Below, piece after piece: positions 35,576 to 47,739 of a stretch of DNA of 64,000 nucleotides. Position 1 is the stretch's first letter, and every line of letters begins with the position of its first letter. This DNA is from Selaginella moellendorffii (taxonomy: Eukaryota; Plantae; Lycopodiophyta). The stretch is taken from NCBI RefSeq assembly GCF_000143415.4, contig NW_003314296.1, positions 663,645-727,644 on the forward strand, read 5' to 3'. The position numbers were made by a program, and so were the translations under genes. Under the pieces are notes generated by a model that did no database searches, was not told where the DNA came from, and saw nothing but the letters and a program-made list of their open reading frames with translations.

Positions 35576-37040
35576 CTAGTGTAAAAGACTAAATATCATA
35601 GAGGTTCTTAACACTTGTAAGTGCAAGTCAATATATGAATTTCTCATTACAAGCTAAGTATGTTGTAATAGATTTTGAAATCATAATCAAAATAATAAAG
35701 AGTTTAAACCGAGTTGGGACCAAATATATTCTGGGTTGGATATGTTTGAGGCCCAATATATCTAAGGGTCTAAACACTAGTGAAAAGCCAAAAGCATCTT
35801 CTGAGGTGGGATGGGCTGGGCTGGGTTATATAATGTTCCAAGTATATTAAGTATAATGTGGCTAGAATTTAGTTATAAAAAAACTCTCAAGTGGTACTCT
35901 TAAACCATATTAGGGTTTAGGTGAGAGTAAATATAGACTTGAGGTGTGTTAGAAAAACCTCTTAAGGAAGTGCTCAAGAGTAGCTCTTGTTCCTGAGATT
36001 AATTGCAATGCTCCTAAGTTAAGTAGAGTGGTGCTTTACTTGGATATTTGGTTTCAAGGAATGAGGACCAATAAGGGATGAAAACAAATTATTAAATGTA
36101 ACAACACTGGAAGAAGAGATGAAAATGAATTCTTAAATGTGTAACTAAAGAGTGAAAGCATAGAAATACAAAGCAATAGTAAAAAAGTCAACATTAAAAA
36201 TATAGCCAAATGGAGTTTAATGCAATTTTAGCATACTGGTGGTTTAATACAATGATATAAATATCCTACTAACTAGCATAATATGGAGATTGTGTTTAAG
36301 TCCAAGTTAAAATAAATAAATAAATGCATAAAAAATGACACACCCAATAGGGAACTAAACATTGTTTTAGGTGGTTGGTTATACCCTAATATCTTTATTA
36401 TACATCTAGAATCCTCTAACACCTAGAGGAGAGTTGTTGACTATTCATCACTTCAGCAAAAGTTATATTATATTGGTTGGAGGAAAATGTTATGAGAAAG
36501 TGCAAATTCTCAATCTATGAAGTTTATATTAGCTCTACTACAATCTAAAACTCAAATTTTTTTTTTAACTTAGTGGATTGCAAGTGAGTAGTGATTTAGA
36601 AAGGTTATCCATAGATAAAGAATGGAGCTAAGATAAGGAAGAGAAGAGGACTCGTTTAATCAAACATCCCTTAATTGGACTAAATGTTCCTATTTTCCAA
36701 AATCACAAATGTTGCATCCACTATATAAACTTGAGGGCAAACACAAAAACAAAGATATTACTCCTAGAAATGATTTGCATTGCAATAATATATGCAAAAG
36801 TGGTTCTCAATCTAACATCAATTTTCAACCTTGGATAAACATTGTTAATATGTGGCTTTAATCTCCATTAGAATTACATTTTACTCATATATTAGTTATT
36901 CCAAGATTGGGGCTGTTAGACAAAGAATAAAGTTTGATGACAATATTTTAATTGTCATTGTTGCAATTAATTATCATAGTGAATAGCAAGATCAATGGTA
37001 AATATTAGAGATATTCAATCTGGAAGAAAAAGCATGAGTT

Positions 37041-37630
37041 TGGAAGTAACCAAAAAGAACAACTTAAAACAATCCATGGGGTTCAAATATAAAGGGAAAG
37101 GGCTCATAAATAAAAGTGCACCCCCTTTTCCAATCAGTTAAAAGATCTTAGGATATTTAGGGTTGAATGTCTTGGGTTTGAATAATATTGGGTTGGATGA
37201 CCTCCCAAGAAGTCTAAATTCAAGAGCTTACATTTAATATTAGATCAGTTTCGAGTTTGACTCTATTGACTAGTTAAAGGAATTATACCATATGTTAAGA
37301 TTGACATTTGATAGGTGTAATTTACCTCTAATTGAGCTCGACTAGAGGGGTAGGGTGTCAAGAAACAACTTAAGAGAGGATTCATAAAGGTTCAAATATA
37401 AAGGGAAAGAGCCCATAAACAAAAGTGCACCCTTTTTTTTTAATCAATTAAGGGTCTTGGGATAGTTAGGGTTAAGCATATTTGGTTTTGAATAGTATTG
37501 AGTTGGGTGACCTCTTAGGAAGTTCAAATTCATGAGGTTACATTTAGTATTAAAGTGGTCTTAAGTCCAACTCTGTTGGTTAGTTAGGAGAATCACACCA
37601 TATATTGAGATTAACATTTAGCAAGTCCAA
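37041..37630 (+). mobile_element. Tandem Cassandra-like TRIM (LTR-internal-LTR-internal)
   Basis: LTRs end at 37232 and 37542. Each is followed by a decayed PBS and the internal region. Confidence 0.75.
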
Positions 37631-38502
37631 ATAATTATGGCCTACCCATTATTATCTCATTATGGAAGGTATTTAGACTTGCCAATTAAGTAAATCCATT
37701 ACTGAATGTAGAGAGTGCCTTTAAACATGATAATGTTGTTCCTTTGTTCAGATTCACAATTTAATACCATTCTATATTTAATAAAATTTTGAATAACTAT
37801 CTCTCCAGAAATATACAATACTAGGGTGAAAGCCTGAAGCAAGCTTTTAGATAAGGGGGTGGTGGGCACTATAGAGGGTTCTAAATGTTTAGTATAGACA
37901 ATTATTTGTGATAAGTTTAGTGCTAAGGGGGATAGAAATGTTAACTTGTTAAAAGCTATATAGTAGTTATTCTTCTTTTAGGTCTGAGTAAAACTATATC
38001 AGTATTTGTTTTTAATCTTAGTGTTCTAAATTTAAGATTTCAAGTACAAAAGCATAATTAAAGTAACACTTTGCTTGATACTATAAATTGGTAAGCTAAT
38101 TAAGATTTAGTTTAAATAATTTTATTACTTCTTTCATTTTTCTTTATTGGATTAATAAAATATAATGAATATTTCTAGAACAAGTGATTTTATAAAATTT
38201 ATTAATCTAGCTGTTGTGAAACTTCTATAATTCTTTCATAATTTTTAATAAAATAAAAATACATAAAAATGGAACTATATGGAACTATATATATAAAATT
38301 TATAATAAAATAAAATAAATGCATATATATATATATTATAAATTTTAAAATAATTAAAGAAGTTTCAATTGCTCAATTAAGAAATTCCATAGAATACACT
38401 TGAATATTCTTGGAATATTTATTACTTTTAGTGGTTCTGTTAAACCAATAAATAAAAATGAAAAAGTAATAAAAAAGATATCTAAAGTAGAACTATAATG
38501 TA

Positions 38503-39467
38503 TTATTTAATAGCTTGCCAAATTACTTGTTTTGTATCAAAGTTAAAAATGATAACATTTCCATCCCCTCTCACCACTAAACTTGCTGTGATAATACAAT
38601 TTGGTTGTGGATTACAATATTTATTAGATGACCATAAAACATAATTTTGATAGTCTTTAATCACAAAATTCCCATCTTGTTGTAAATGAGCCAAGCATCC
38701 ATCAATGGGCCTATAAGCGTGCTCACTTAAATATAAAATTGTTCCACTGCTCCTCTCAATTAGCACTAACTTACAATCACTATGTAGCATTAGCTTATAA
38801 AGCCCATTCCCTGAGTTTAAGCTATTTCCTGCTAGAATAAATGATCCTGGAACTTCATTTTGATGCCCTACAAGTGACGATTCAAAGCTCCAACAATCAC
38901 TTCCATGAAAATCCATAAGAACAAAAACATTAGCTGTGTTTCTTAGTGCTTGAGTGGCCATACTAAAGTTACTATGAAATATTTTGTGTTTGGTGAACAG
39001 ATAGTGTATGGCAAAATTTGAAAATTCTGTGCGTGTTTCAGCACAAAACCTTTGCCTTCCTTCAATATAAGTTGAGGCATCTAAAAATATTTGATTTCTA
39101 ATAGCTCTGAATGTGGCTCGCACCAAATGGGAGGGAAAATTGATTGCTACAAAGGGATCTGCAACACAAAACATAGCCACCACAACAGGGGCGTTGATAT
39201 AAAAGTGATCTCACCAATATGAAACTCCACTGATGTGCTTCCTACTGGAAAGAGGTTATAAGGATTATCTCTAGTAGTATCAGCATAGTGAGTTGTGATG
39301 AAATTGGACATGAGTCGAATGACATCTTGGAATTGCTGTGGTGACAATGCATTAGAAGCCAGCTGAAAAATTGTTCTGGGATTGGAATATTGGGGTGGTG
39401 GTGGAGTCCAAAAATAAGCCAACTTTGGCAAAAGATAAACAATTAAAACAATAAAAAATCTAGTCAT
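38503..39467 (-). pseudogene. Secreted unknown-domain + B-lectin gene, intronless, single frameshift
   Basis: Signal-like MTRFFIVLIVYLLPKLAYF. Two overlapping ORFs can be joined by a 1-nt shift at about 39150-39210. QQDGNFVI, RGDGNVII and WSSN lectin motifs. Confidence 0.78.
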
Positions 39468-40277
39468 AATCTAGAAATTATAATTATGATTTTCTATTCT
39501 TTATCTCTATTTCTGATTTTTAGTAAAATAAACTACCTAAAATAATAATAAATAATTAAAGATAAAAGTTTATAATATAAAAAAGTAAAAAAGTTTAAGG
39601 CTATAAACATTCAAATTTTATCAATACTATGGAATCAATACTAGCTATTGATCACATCACAAGATTTAATCCAAATCATAAAAATATAATATTTTGAACA
39701 CTCCCACTTATAAGAGACTTGAAAATCAAAATATTCATGTAGTGAGTGACAAATTTAGCAAGTTAAAAATTCAAAAGACTAGTTCAGAAACCACCAAAAA
39801 TGTGCTGCCCAAGGTCTGAAAAACAAAACTATAGTATGAGGTTTGGAGGTATGAGATAAAGTGGTCAATGCCAAGAGCTCATTGTTAAGAGAAGAGGAGA
39901 CAACAAACTATTAAAATATTGAACAATGGAGAAGAAAAGATAAATCTGTATTAAGTACATATTTCTTAAAACCCTATTTTTATAGGGGCTTTAGAAATTA
40001 ATCTCAACTAATCCACAAACCTAATCTAAATATAAGTCCATACTGCCCATCCACGTGTACAGCAAGTTTTGAGTTCAAATTCTATATGTCAAATCCCATA
40101 TGAGTAGAGGTTTAGGGTTCAGTCCTTGTAATGATTAGTAGTAATTAATATACTCCTTAATAATTACAAAGAGATGGTAAATATATAATATCATCCGGCA
40201 TCGTTGGCCTCATTCCATATACTTTATCTACAATTAAGCAAATTATAAAGGCTTTTACCATCAACCCGGCGTTCGTG

Positions 40278-40903
40278 ATGCAGGCCATCGATCGCATGCT
40301 CCGCCATAGCCGCTGGCAGATTGCGCAACCGGACAAGATCCTCTTCAACCCCTCGCTCATGGAAATATTTCGGAGCACCCACGCGCCCTATGGCCGATTC
40401 GTAGCGCATTGCCAGTCGGAGTCCATCGCGAAATCAGTGCTCACGCGGAGAGGTATGGTATGCTTCTGGAATTCTTTGATCCTTCTCCCTCAGTTCTTTT
40501 TCTCTAGCACAGCGTGGATAACATACTGCCGGACAGGCAAGATGGGCCATTCACGTATCTCTTCCTTGGATCAAACAGGGATGAGAGCATGCGTTACATC
40601 AGGGATGGGATCGATCGCAAGGCCTTGCTCGCGAGCTTCTTCAGCACTGATCCAGAGCAATGCAAGTCCAGTGCTGGATTTGGGCCGGAGAAAAGAAAGT
40701 ACGAAGTCGACTTGGTTCTTACCACCACACGGCCTGTTAAGATGAACAAAATTCCATTTGTTAGCTTTGTCGATCGATCGATCGATACCTTCTTCCAGGA
40801 TCCAAATGGGAGAGAGAACGTTTGGATGATTCCAGCGGAGAGTTTCAATCGCGTGCTGCTAGTTGCGACCGTCCACTTTAAGTCTCCTCTTCCGGACTTG
40901 TGA
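40278..40903 (+). CDS. Small uncharacterised protein, possibly a degenerate PARP-like ADP-ribosyltransferase fold
   Basis: Phase-0 intron 40458-40507 and possible 39-nt intron 40760-40798. YLFLGS...IRDGID...FFSTDP...VLLVATVHF spacing resembles the PARP core. Confidence 0.5.
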
Positions 40904-41013
40904 TAGAGCGCGACAATCTCGACACTTTTGCAAGAACTGCTGGAAAGGAAGAGCTCCATAGCGGTCCTGATCAAAAGGCTTGCTTGAGCATCGTCTAGAA
41001 GATTTCCAAGTTC

Positions 41014-43335
41014 TTACCTTCTCTCGTATAAGCTTGCCATCATCTGGTAAGCTGCGTCGCCGGCTTTGTCCATTTTCAACAACGCGTCGAATGCCAGCCT
41101 TCCCAGAGCAACGTTTCCAGACTTGGAGCAGGCACTTAAAACTCCCATCCATGCCACAGCACTCACCTCTCCTTCACGAGGCATGGACTCGGCCATGGCC
41201 ACAGCGTCGTCCAGTTCATCAGCTCTGCAAAGTATATCGACCATGCAAATGCAATGCTCGCGACCAGGATTCACACCATACCTTGTGCGCATCTCGCCGA
41301 AATACTTCTTGCTTCGCTCGACCAGCCCGGCATGGTTGCATGCCGTGAGGAGAGCCACAAAGGTGGCCTCGTCCGCTCGTATGCCTTCGTCTTGCATCTG
41401 ATGGAAGAGACGAAAAACGCGCGCGGCATCTCCCTGACGACTGTATCCTGCGATCAACGCATTCCAGATAACCAAGTCCGGCTTAGAGATTGAATCAAAT
41501 ACCTGTTGAGCGCCGAGCATACTCCCACATTTGCTACAAGCGTCGACGAGAGCAGCATCTAGAAAACAATCGCTCCCAGGGCCAGGACCACTGCTGGTAT
41601 GTCTGAAAGTTTCTGCAAGAACTGCTGTTAGAGCCTTGCACTTCAGCAGAGAATTACCACAGGCCTTGAGCGCAGCAGCGAAGGTTCGAGAGTTTGGTGC
41701 GCAGTCGCCACCATCCTGCATGAGCCGGAGTAGCTCCAGACCAAGCTCGTCTTGCTCGTTGTCAGCGCAGGCCAGAATTAACGCATTCCACGACGCCACG
41801 TCGTGGTGGACCATCTTGTCGAAAACTTTCAAGGCGTCCACCAGGCTCGCGCACTTGGAGTACATGTCGATGAGAGCGCTCGCGAGGAAATCGTCGGTCT
41901 CAGCTTCTCCGGCCCGGGAATGAATTGCCATTCCCATCTCCAGCGACTTCATCTTCACAGGCCTTCTTCTTCCATCGACTTCTTTTGGAACTTCTCTGGC
42001 CGCTAGAACAGTGCAAGCCTTTGCTGCCGGAACAAATGCCGCTGGAACCACTTCCTCGGCCGCTTCTGCTTGCATGAGCGTAAAAACCTCCAAAGCCAGC
42101 TCGGCTTCCCCATTCTCGACGTACCCCGCCATCAAAACTGTCCAGGAAACCACACTACGCTGCGGCATCCTGTCAAAGACGTGTCTGGCATCCTGCGGAC
42201 TCCCACACTTCATGTACATGTCCACCAGAGAGCTTGCCACGAAGATGTCGAGCTCACCGTCATGTAAACTTGTGGCTGCGCGAGAATGAAAAAACATTCC
42301 CTGTTCCAAGGACGTGATCTTCATCAGCTTGTCCCCGACTCGAGTCTGGCCTTCTCTGTCCGCAAGACAAGCGCATGCTCGAGCCGCAGCAACGAAAGTC
42401 CGGCCATCCGGCTGGCAGCCTCGAGTTCCCCGTGCTAGCATTTTCCCCAAGAGATCCAAGGCCAAGCCGCTGTGACTAGCACTCTGAGCATACCCGAGAA
42501 GGAGAGAGTTCCAAGAGACGACGCTGCGATGAGAAATCCTGTCAAACACACGCTTAGCTTCCACAAGTTTCTCAAACTTGACATACATATTTACCAGAGA
42601 GTTTCCAACGTAGGTGTCGGTGTCCAAGCCACGCTTGGAAGCCAGCTCGTGGATCTCCATGCCCCTCTTCACAAGCTCTCCATCGATGAATTTAATCTTC
42701 TTCTCGCTATTGAATTTTCCTGTCGTTGCGATGGCAGCACAAGCCTTGGCAGCAGCAGCGAAAGTTCGAGCATCTGGACCGCAGCTTTCTTCGTTTCTCA
42801 TCCGATCGAAGAGCTCCAATGCGAGCTCTCCATCGCCATTCTCAGCGTAGCGAAGAATCAGTGTGTTCCACGCCACAACGTTTCTTTTCCCTGGATCCAT
42901 GGCCTCGAGTACCCGTTTCGCGTGATCCAACCTCTTCCATCTCCCATACATGTCGATCAAGCTCGTCGCCACAAAAGTGTTGGAGTCCCAGCCGATCTCG
43001 ATCGCCTCGCTGTGGAGATTCAACCCTCGCGCCATCGATTCCGGATCAATCACACTGCCACACGCCTTGATCGCGGCCACAAAGCTATGAGAATCCGGCT
43101 CGCCGCCCTCGATCTTCATCCTGTGGAAGATTTCCAGCGCGATCTCCCCTCTCATATTCTCGGCGTAGCTCAGCATCAAGGAATTCCAAGAAACGACGCT
43201 GCGCCACGGCATGCGATCGAAGACCTCGCGCGCGCCGGCCACATTTCCATTCCTGCCGTGAATGCTCACCGATTTGTTGCCGAGATGGAGACTCCGCTGC
43301 TCGAATCGATCGAGATTGCTCCCGGCATCGAGCAT
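41014..43335 (-). CDS. PLS-class pentatricopeptide repeat protein with E domain, no DYW
   Basis: Repeated VFDRMP..VVSWN, SLIDMY.KC and PD..TF motifs. E-type AWMGVLSAC...G.LAF. ORF is open from 43452; first plausible ATG is 43335. Confidence 0.95.
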   Translation of the reverse strand: MLDAGSNLDRFEQRSLHLGNKSVSIHGRNGNVAGAREVFDRMPWRSVVSWNSLMLSYAENMRGEIALEIFHRMKIEGGEPDSHSFVAAIKACGSVIDPESMARGLNLHSEAIEIGWDSNTFVATSLIDMYGRWKRLDHAKRVLEAMDPGKRNVVAWNTLILRYAENGDGELALELFDRMRNEESCGPDARTFAAAAKACAAIATTGKFNSEKKIKFIDGELVKRGMEIHELASKRGLDTDTYVGNSLVNMYVKFEKLVEAKRVFDRISHRSVVSWNSLLLGYAQSASHSGLALDLLGKMLARGTRGCQPDGRTFVAAARACACLADREGQTRVGDKLMKITSLEQGMFFHSRAATSLHDGELDIFVASSLVDMYMKCGSPQDARHVFDRMPQRSVVSWTVLMAGYVENGEAELALEVFTLMQAEAAEEVVPAAFVPAAKACTVLAAREVPKEVDGRRRPVKMKSLEMGMAIHSRAGEAETDDFLASALIDMYSKCASLVDALKVFDKMVHHDVASWNALILACADNEQDELGLELLRLMQDGGDCAPNSRTFAAALKACGNSLLKCKALTAVLAETFRHTSSGPGPGSDCFLDAALVDACSKCGSMLGAQQVFDSISKPDLVIWNALIAGYSRQGDAARVFRLFHQMQDEGIRADEATFVALLTACNHAGLVERSKKYFGEMRTRYGVNPGREHCICMVDILCRADELDDAVAMAESMPREGEVSAVAWMGVLSACSKSGNVALGRLAFDALLKMDKAGDAAYQMMASLYERR

Positions 43336-43530
43336 TTCTTGGATAAACCCTAGAATACCATCAAATGGAATGGAACCCAGTCTTATTCGCTTGGAACACA
43401 CAAGATAGTCAATACATATAGAAACAAATTCGTGAAGAGAAGAACAAAGCACAAAAAAATCAGAAGGATCGATGGAGGAGCTGGATCATCAGGAACTGAC
43501 ACTCTTTTTCTTCGCGATTGGATCGATCGA

Positions 43531-44649
43531 TCAGGATGAAGCAGCGTAGTCGGATTCCAGCACTGGCCTGGTACGAGAAGCACCAGCGATCGGCGCCCTG
43601 CTTCCACCGATGAGCGACGTCTGGAGCATCTCTCCTCGATCGGAGTGCTGCTCCATTTTCGAGAGCTTCGATTTCCTGCGGTACCTCGTCGCGGCCACGG
43701 CGATCAAGCCCAGCAAAACCAGCCCCGCGACGCTGCCAAGAACAGCTCCCAGGATCACCCTCCACTTCCTCGACCTCCGCCGCGATCTTCCGGGTGGTGG
43801 CGGCGAAGCAGCTAGCGGCAGTGGAGCGGCGGCCGGGCCGGAAGCCGGAGCAATCGATCCCAGCGGCACTACCAGCGCGAAGTCTCCCAAGTTTCTGGAA
43901 GAACACACGTACGAGGACGCTCCCGGCGATGAGGAGCTCGTCACGCTGCTCACGGAGACGTTTCCAAGCGCGTCAAAGGTGGCGCACTGAGGAACGCCGG
44001 TGACGTCGGTTCTGGAGACTGGGATCCGGACGGTGACGTTGTCCAGGCCTCTCGAAACGAAATCCAGCTCGGGAGCGTTGGTCGCCGAGAGATTCACTGC
44101 GTCGTAGACTTTGATCCCGAGAACCGGAGAAACGATGATCAGATCCCTGGGCTCGTAGAGCTTGCCGATGAATCGTCGGTAGACGAGAACTATCCTCGCC
44201 ACCCCGAATGGCCCCGCCCGCGTTGGAATGCTAAACTCCTCGAGAGTGAAACCGCGATGAACCAAGCTCCCCATCTTGAGCCTGACCGTCCTCACCATCA
44301 CCCGCGAGCTCAGCGAGGAATTCCTCACCGAGACGTCGTAGATTTGGCCTGTGACTACCGGGTGGCCGAATGAAGCGAAGGCGCTGCTCTGGAGGATCCT
44401 GTCCAAGTCGGCCAACTTATCTTCCACTTCTTCCTTGACGACGTTCTCGTTGTCCTCCAAGAGTTTCCACTGAGAAAACTCCTTCCGCAATGGATCATCG
44501 TCTTGGAGCTCTCGGCCAGTCGCGGGTGTGACGATCAATGTGAGTAGCGCCAGTAGAGCTGCCACCGCTGAGTATTTGGCTGCCACTCTGCCCAGCTCTT
44601 CTGATCGCTTCCTTCTTCCATTTCTATCTCTTCTTCCCTTCCCTGCCAT
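43531..44649 (-). CDS. DUF1191-family single-pass membrane protein
   Basis: TGQIYDV, VRLKMGSL..RG..EFSIP, SPVLGIKVYDA.NLS, TM VILGAVLGSVAGLVLLGLI, TRPVLESDY. Confidence 0.85.
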   Translation of the reverse strand: MAGKGRRDRNGRRKRSEELGRVAAKYSAVAALLALLTLIVTPATGRELQDDDPLRKEFSQWKLLEDNENVVKEEVEDKLADLDRILQSSAFASFGHPVVTGQIYDVSVRNSSLSSRVMVRTVRLKMGSLVHRGFTLEEFSIPTRAGPFGVARIVLVYRRFIGKLYEPRDLIIVSPVLGIKVYDAVNLSATNAPELDFVSRGLDNVTVRIPVSRTDVTGVPQCATFDALGNVSVSSVTSSSSPGASSYVCSSRNLGDFALVVPLGSIAPASGPAAAPLPLAASPPPPGRSRRRSRKWRVILGAVLGSVAGLVLLGLIAVAATRYRRKSKLSKMEQHSDRGEMLQTSLIGGSRAPIAGASRTRPVLESDYAASS

Positions 44650-46119
44650 TAATTATAAAATTCCCCCCTACGTTGCCCAGCTACGATTGATGGAGCTACT
44701 GAGACGCTAACCTTTGCCGCTCTTCGTGAAACTCATGGCGCTCCCCTTCCAATCGAGCGGCTAGCCGGCGGCTCCTCTTGGCGTGGAGATCGCTGGCCGC
44801 CATGGCTCCAGCATTGTATCGCGCAGGCATTCCACTGCCGTCCTGGGGGGGAGACCTGCGTTGGAAGGAAGAAAATCGAGAGAGAGAGAGAGAGAGAGTG
44901 AATCCCTGTGTCGATTGAGGAGGAACGTCACCAAGCCCTGGCATGCAGGCCTGGGATTATCCCGCGATTGCGACGCGCGCAATCGAAGATTTCCAGTAAT
45001 CGAATCGAGCAAGACAGGAGACCGACCTCATTCCCATCCGCATTGGAGCGGCATCGCCTCGGCATTTCGCGGCGCCATGCTCTTCCACTCCGCCATTGAA
45101 ATGCCCAAAATCCTAGAACAGAGGAATACAATGGCCCCGCGCGGTGAGCTCCATGTGAAAAAACTACACTGCGCGAGTTCCCCGCGCAGTACACCGCGCG
45201 GTCCCCGTGAGAAGCTCCCTGTCTCTAGTGCTTGCCAGGCGATCCAACGGCCGGGACTGAGTCGTGCTGGCGTGGCGCCATGCTGGCCGCTAGATCCAAG
45301 CGCTACCTGTCGGTCGTGGTCACCGCCTGCCAACGCTGCACCTGTACGGCTCCAGCCTGGACGGGTAAAAAAAAACTAACGCTGTGCTCTTTAACTCGGA
45401 TGGATGATTGTCTGGACAATAACAGCTAACACATTGTATTAAATTTTTTTGATCATGATGAAGTACCAACCTTGGAAGCCAATTCTGGTGGTTGGAATAC
45501 CAGAACAAAATTCATCAAAACATTCTCTTGAGCTTTTTACATATTTTATTCCTGGTAAAAGAAAGGTGGTGGGCATATTCGCTCTGTGATTCATGTGATC
45601 TTCCTTTACCTGAAAGGCATCATGCCCTGGAGTAGCTCCCACAATTGCACAAGACAGTTAATTTTTACCTGTAAAGGCAAGACATTCTCATATGGATGAA
45701 TTATTGTCTCCAACATTCTTCTTGATCCAAAAAAATATATATATTATATTTTATAGGTTGTAAAAAGGAAAAATAATTGTGGTTGTTTTTGCTTGTAGAG
45801 ATTGCGGGATAAGGTGGAGAAGGACCAAGTGTTCTAATAGCTTCCATGGTGTAAAAATGGCTGCTGCAAGGTCACGGCTTGGAGGTTAAATGGAGCTCGC
45901 AAAAGTTGGTAGTTTTAAGATTTTATCAATCAAACCGTCCAGCTATGTACATTGATGAAGCGAAAAACCACCGAAAAAGTTTCATTTGATCGATCTAGCT
46001 TTCGCTTTCGCTTTTGCTTGAAGTGATGGTCGATCATCAGATTATAAAGTCAGTCTTCGCTTGAAATCTCCGCATGTTGTCACTGAAACGATGATCGTTG
46101 CTGTTCTTGAGTTCTGTGA

Positions 46120-47349
46120 TCACTGCTCGAGGAAAACTTTGACAGGAGGTCCACTCGCCGAGATCGTCACGACAGTGCCAAACTTGATGGGAGCCGAGAC
46201 GTGAGCGCCATCAAAATAGATGGATCCCTGGCGACAGCCCCAAGTAACTTGAATTGCCTCGGTTGAGCCAACGAAACCGTGCATCAGATTCTTCTGCTTG
46301 GGGTGTGGAAGGATCGGCTCTCTCAGCATGTACTGGAGCTCTTTCGATTCCAGCGGCATTGCAAATCCTCCAGCCGAGAGCGTCGCGGCGGTCGAGCCAG
46401 CCGCCGTGCAAACGCGCAAGCCACTGGAGCGAGAGTGTATCAAGGACCCCGACTTTGTTTGCTGGTTGACGACGCTGGAATCAAACAACATCAAAACATA
46501 GACAAAGAAGAAAAAAAGCAACAACACGGACCTGAAAGTGCATCGGCTCACGGCAGCTGGATTTGGATGAGCGAGCAAAACGTCATTGAGAGCTGGAGTC
46601 GAGAACAAAGTACCATCGATTGTAGTGGAAATCCTCTGTAGAGTTGTTGGTTGAAGTTTGCCACTGATGACTTTGCCTAGCACCTGAAACAAAGAACTTT
46701 CATTGTTTTTCCGAGTGGAAAGCTTGGAGGAATCAAAAACCTGCTCGAAATACTCGCTGGTAGCAGCGCAGAAGTAGCCTCGACTTCGTGTAGCATCAAA
46801 CTCCTCCATCTGCTGCTCCTGCACCTTAGAAAACCACGCCAAAAAAAAAAAGATGAAAAAAAGTTAGCATAGAACTTGACTAGATCAAAACTTTCGGCAC
46901 ACACGAACCTCGTCGGTCTTGGTTGGATCCGAGTTTACTCCAAGGACGGGAATGGAATCGTCCAAGTAGTGACTCGCTTGTAGCAAAGTTCCATCCCCTC
47001 CCACGGTGACAACAAGGTCCACATTTCGTATAGGCGAGTGTAGCTCGTCCCGAAGAAGAAAGTCCCAGGACAGGGACATGTTTGCAAGGACATCCTTGCA
47101 TTTCTGCACCGTGGATTCATGTACTCTGTGCCGATCCAAGAGATTTTCAACCACCTGGAGATCGCGAATTAGAAGCACGAAGAAGAAGAGTTAGAATTCC
47201 TACTCGCAATGTCCATAGATTTGCAAGAAAACATCCGCGGGCTCTACCTTCGTTTTTTCGGCGCTCCCGTTGACGAATGCCGGATCCCGATGGCGCGCGA
47301 CGTAGAGATCGTATGCGCTTCGCTTCAGCAGCACCAGGACGCGCCTCAT
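46120..47349 (-). CDS. NADK3: NADH kinase, NADK3-like (5 exons)
   Basis: MRRVLVLLK, VTVGGDGTLLQASH, VLGVNSDP, ALNDVLLAHP.PAAVSR, SSGLRVCTAAGSTAA. Confidence 0.92.
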
Positions 47350-47739
47350 TCATCCTAAAACCCTACACCCGCAAGAACCCTAAAATGTGCATGTCGTGTT
47401 ATTTTGATATAGATTTCAGTTAGATATATGATACAAAAACCTATTTACAAAATGTAAAAGTAAGTAATTACTTAAATTTAAATATTAATTATTTTTTATT
47501 TCAAATAAAAATTAATTTTCAACTCCTATCCTATAAAAACTTATAAATAATATGATTAAGACTAAAATAGTGACATCAATATATTTTAATGAATTGAAAT
47601 AAACATATAGATACATACCAGTAATTTTATTTTAAATTTTAATTTTAAGTAAAAAAATAAAAAATAATTTTTTTACTCACAACATTTATTATATTATTTT
47701 CTTATTTTAATGCATAATTATTAAAAAGTAATTTTATGA

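Noticed and set aside
35600-37000. Additional decayed transposon
   Set aside because: Probably TE-derived but no termini or motifs could be identified.
44696-45379. Coding ORFs upstream of DUF1191
   Set aside because: GC-rich promoter/UTR-like sequence with a GA repeat and no recognisable domain.
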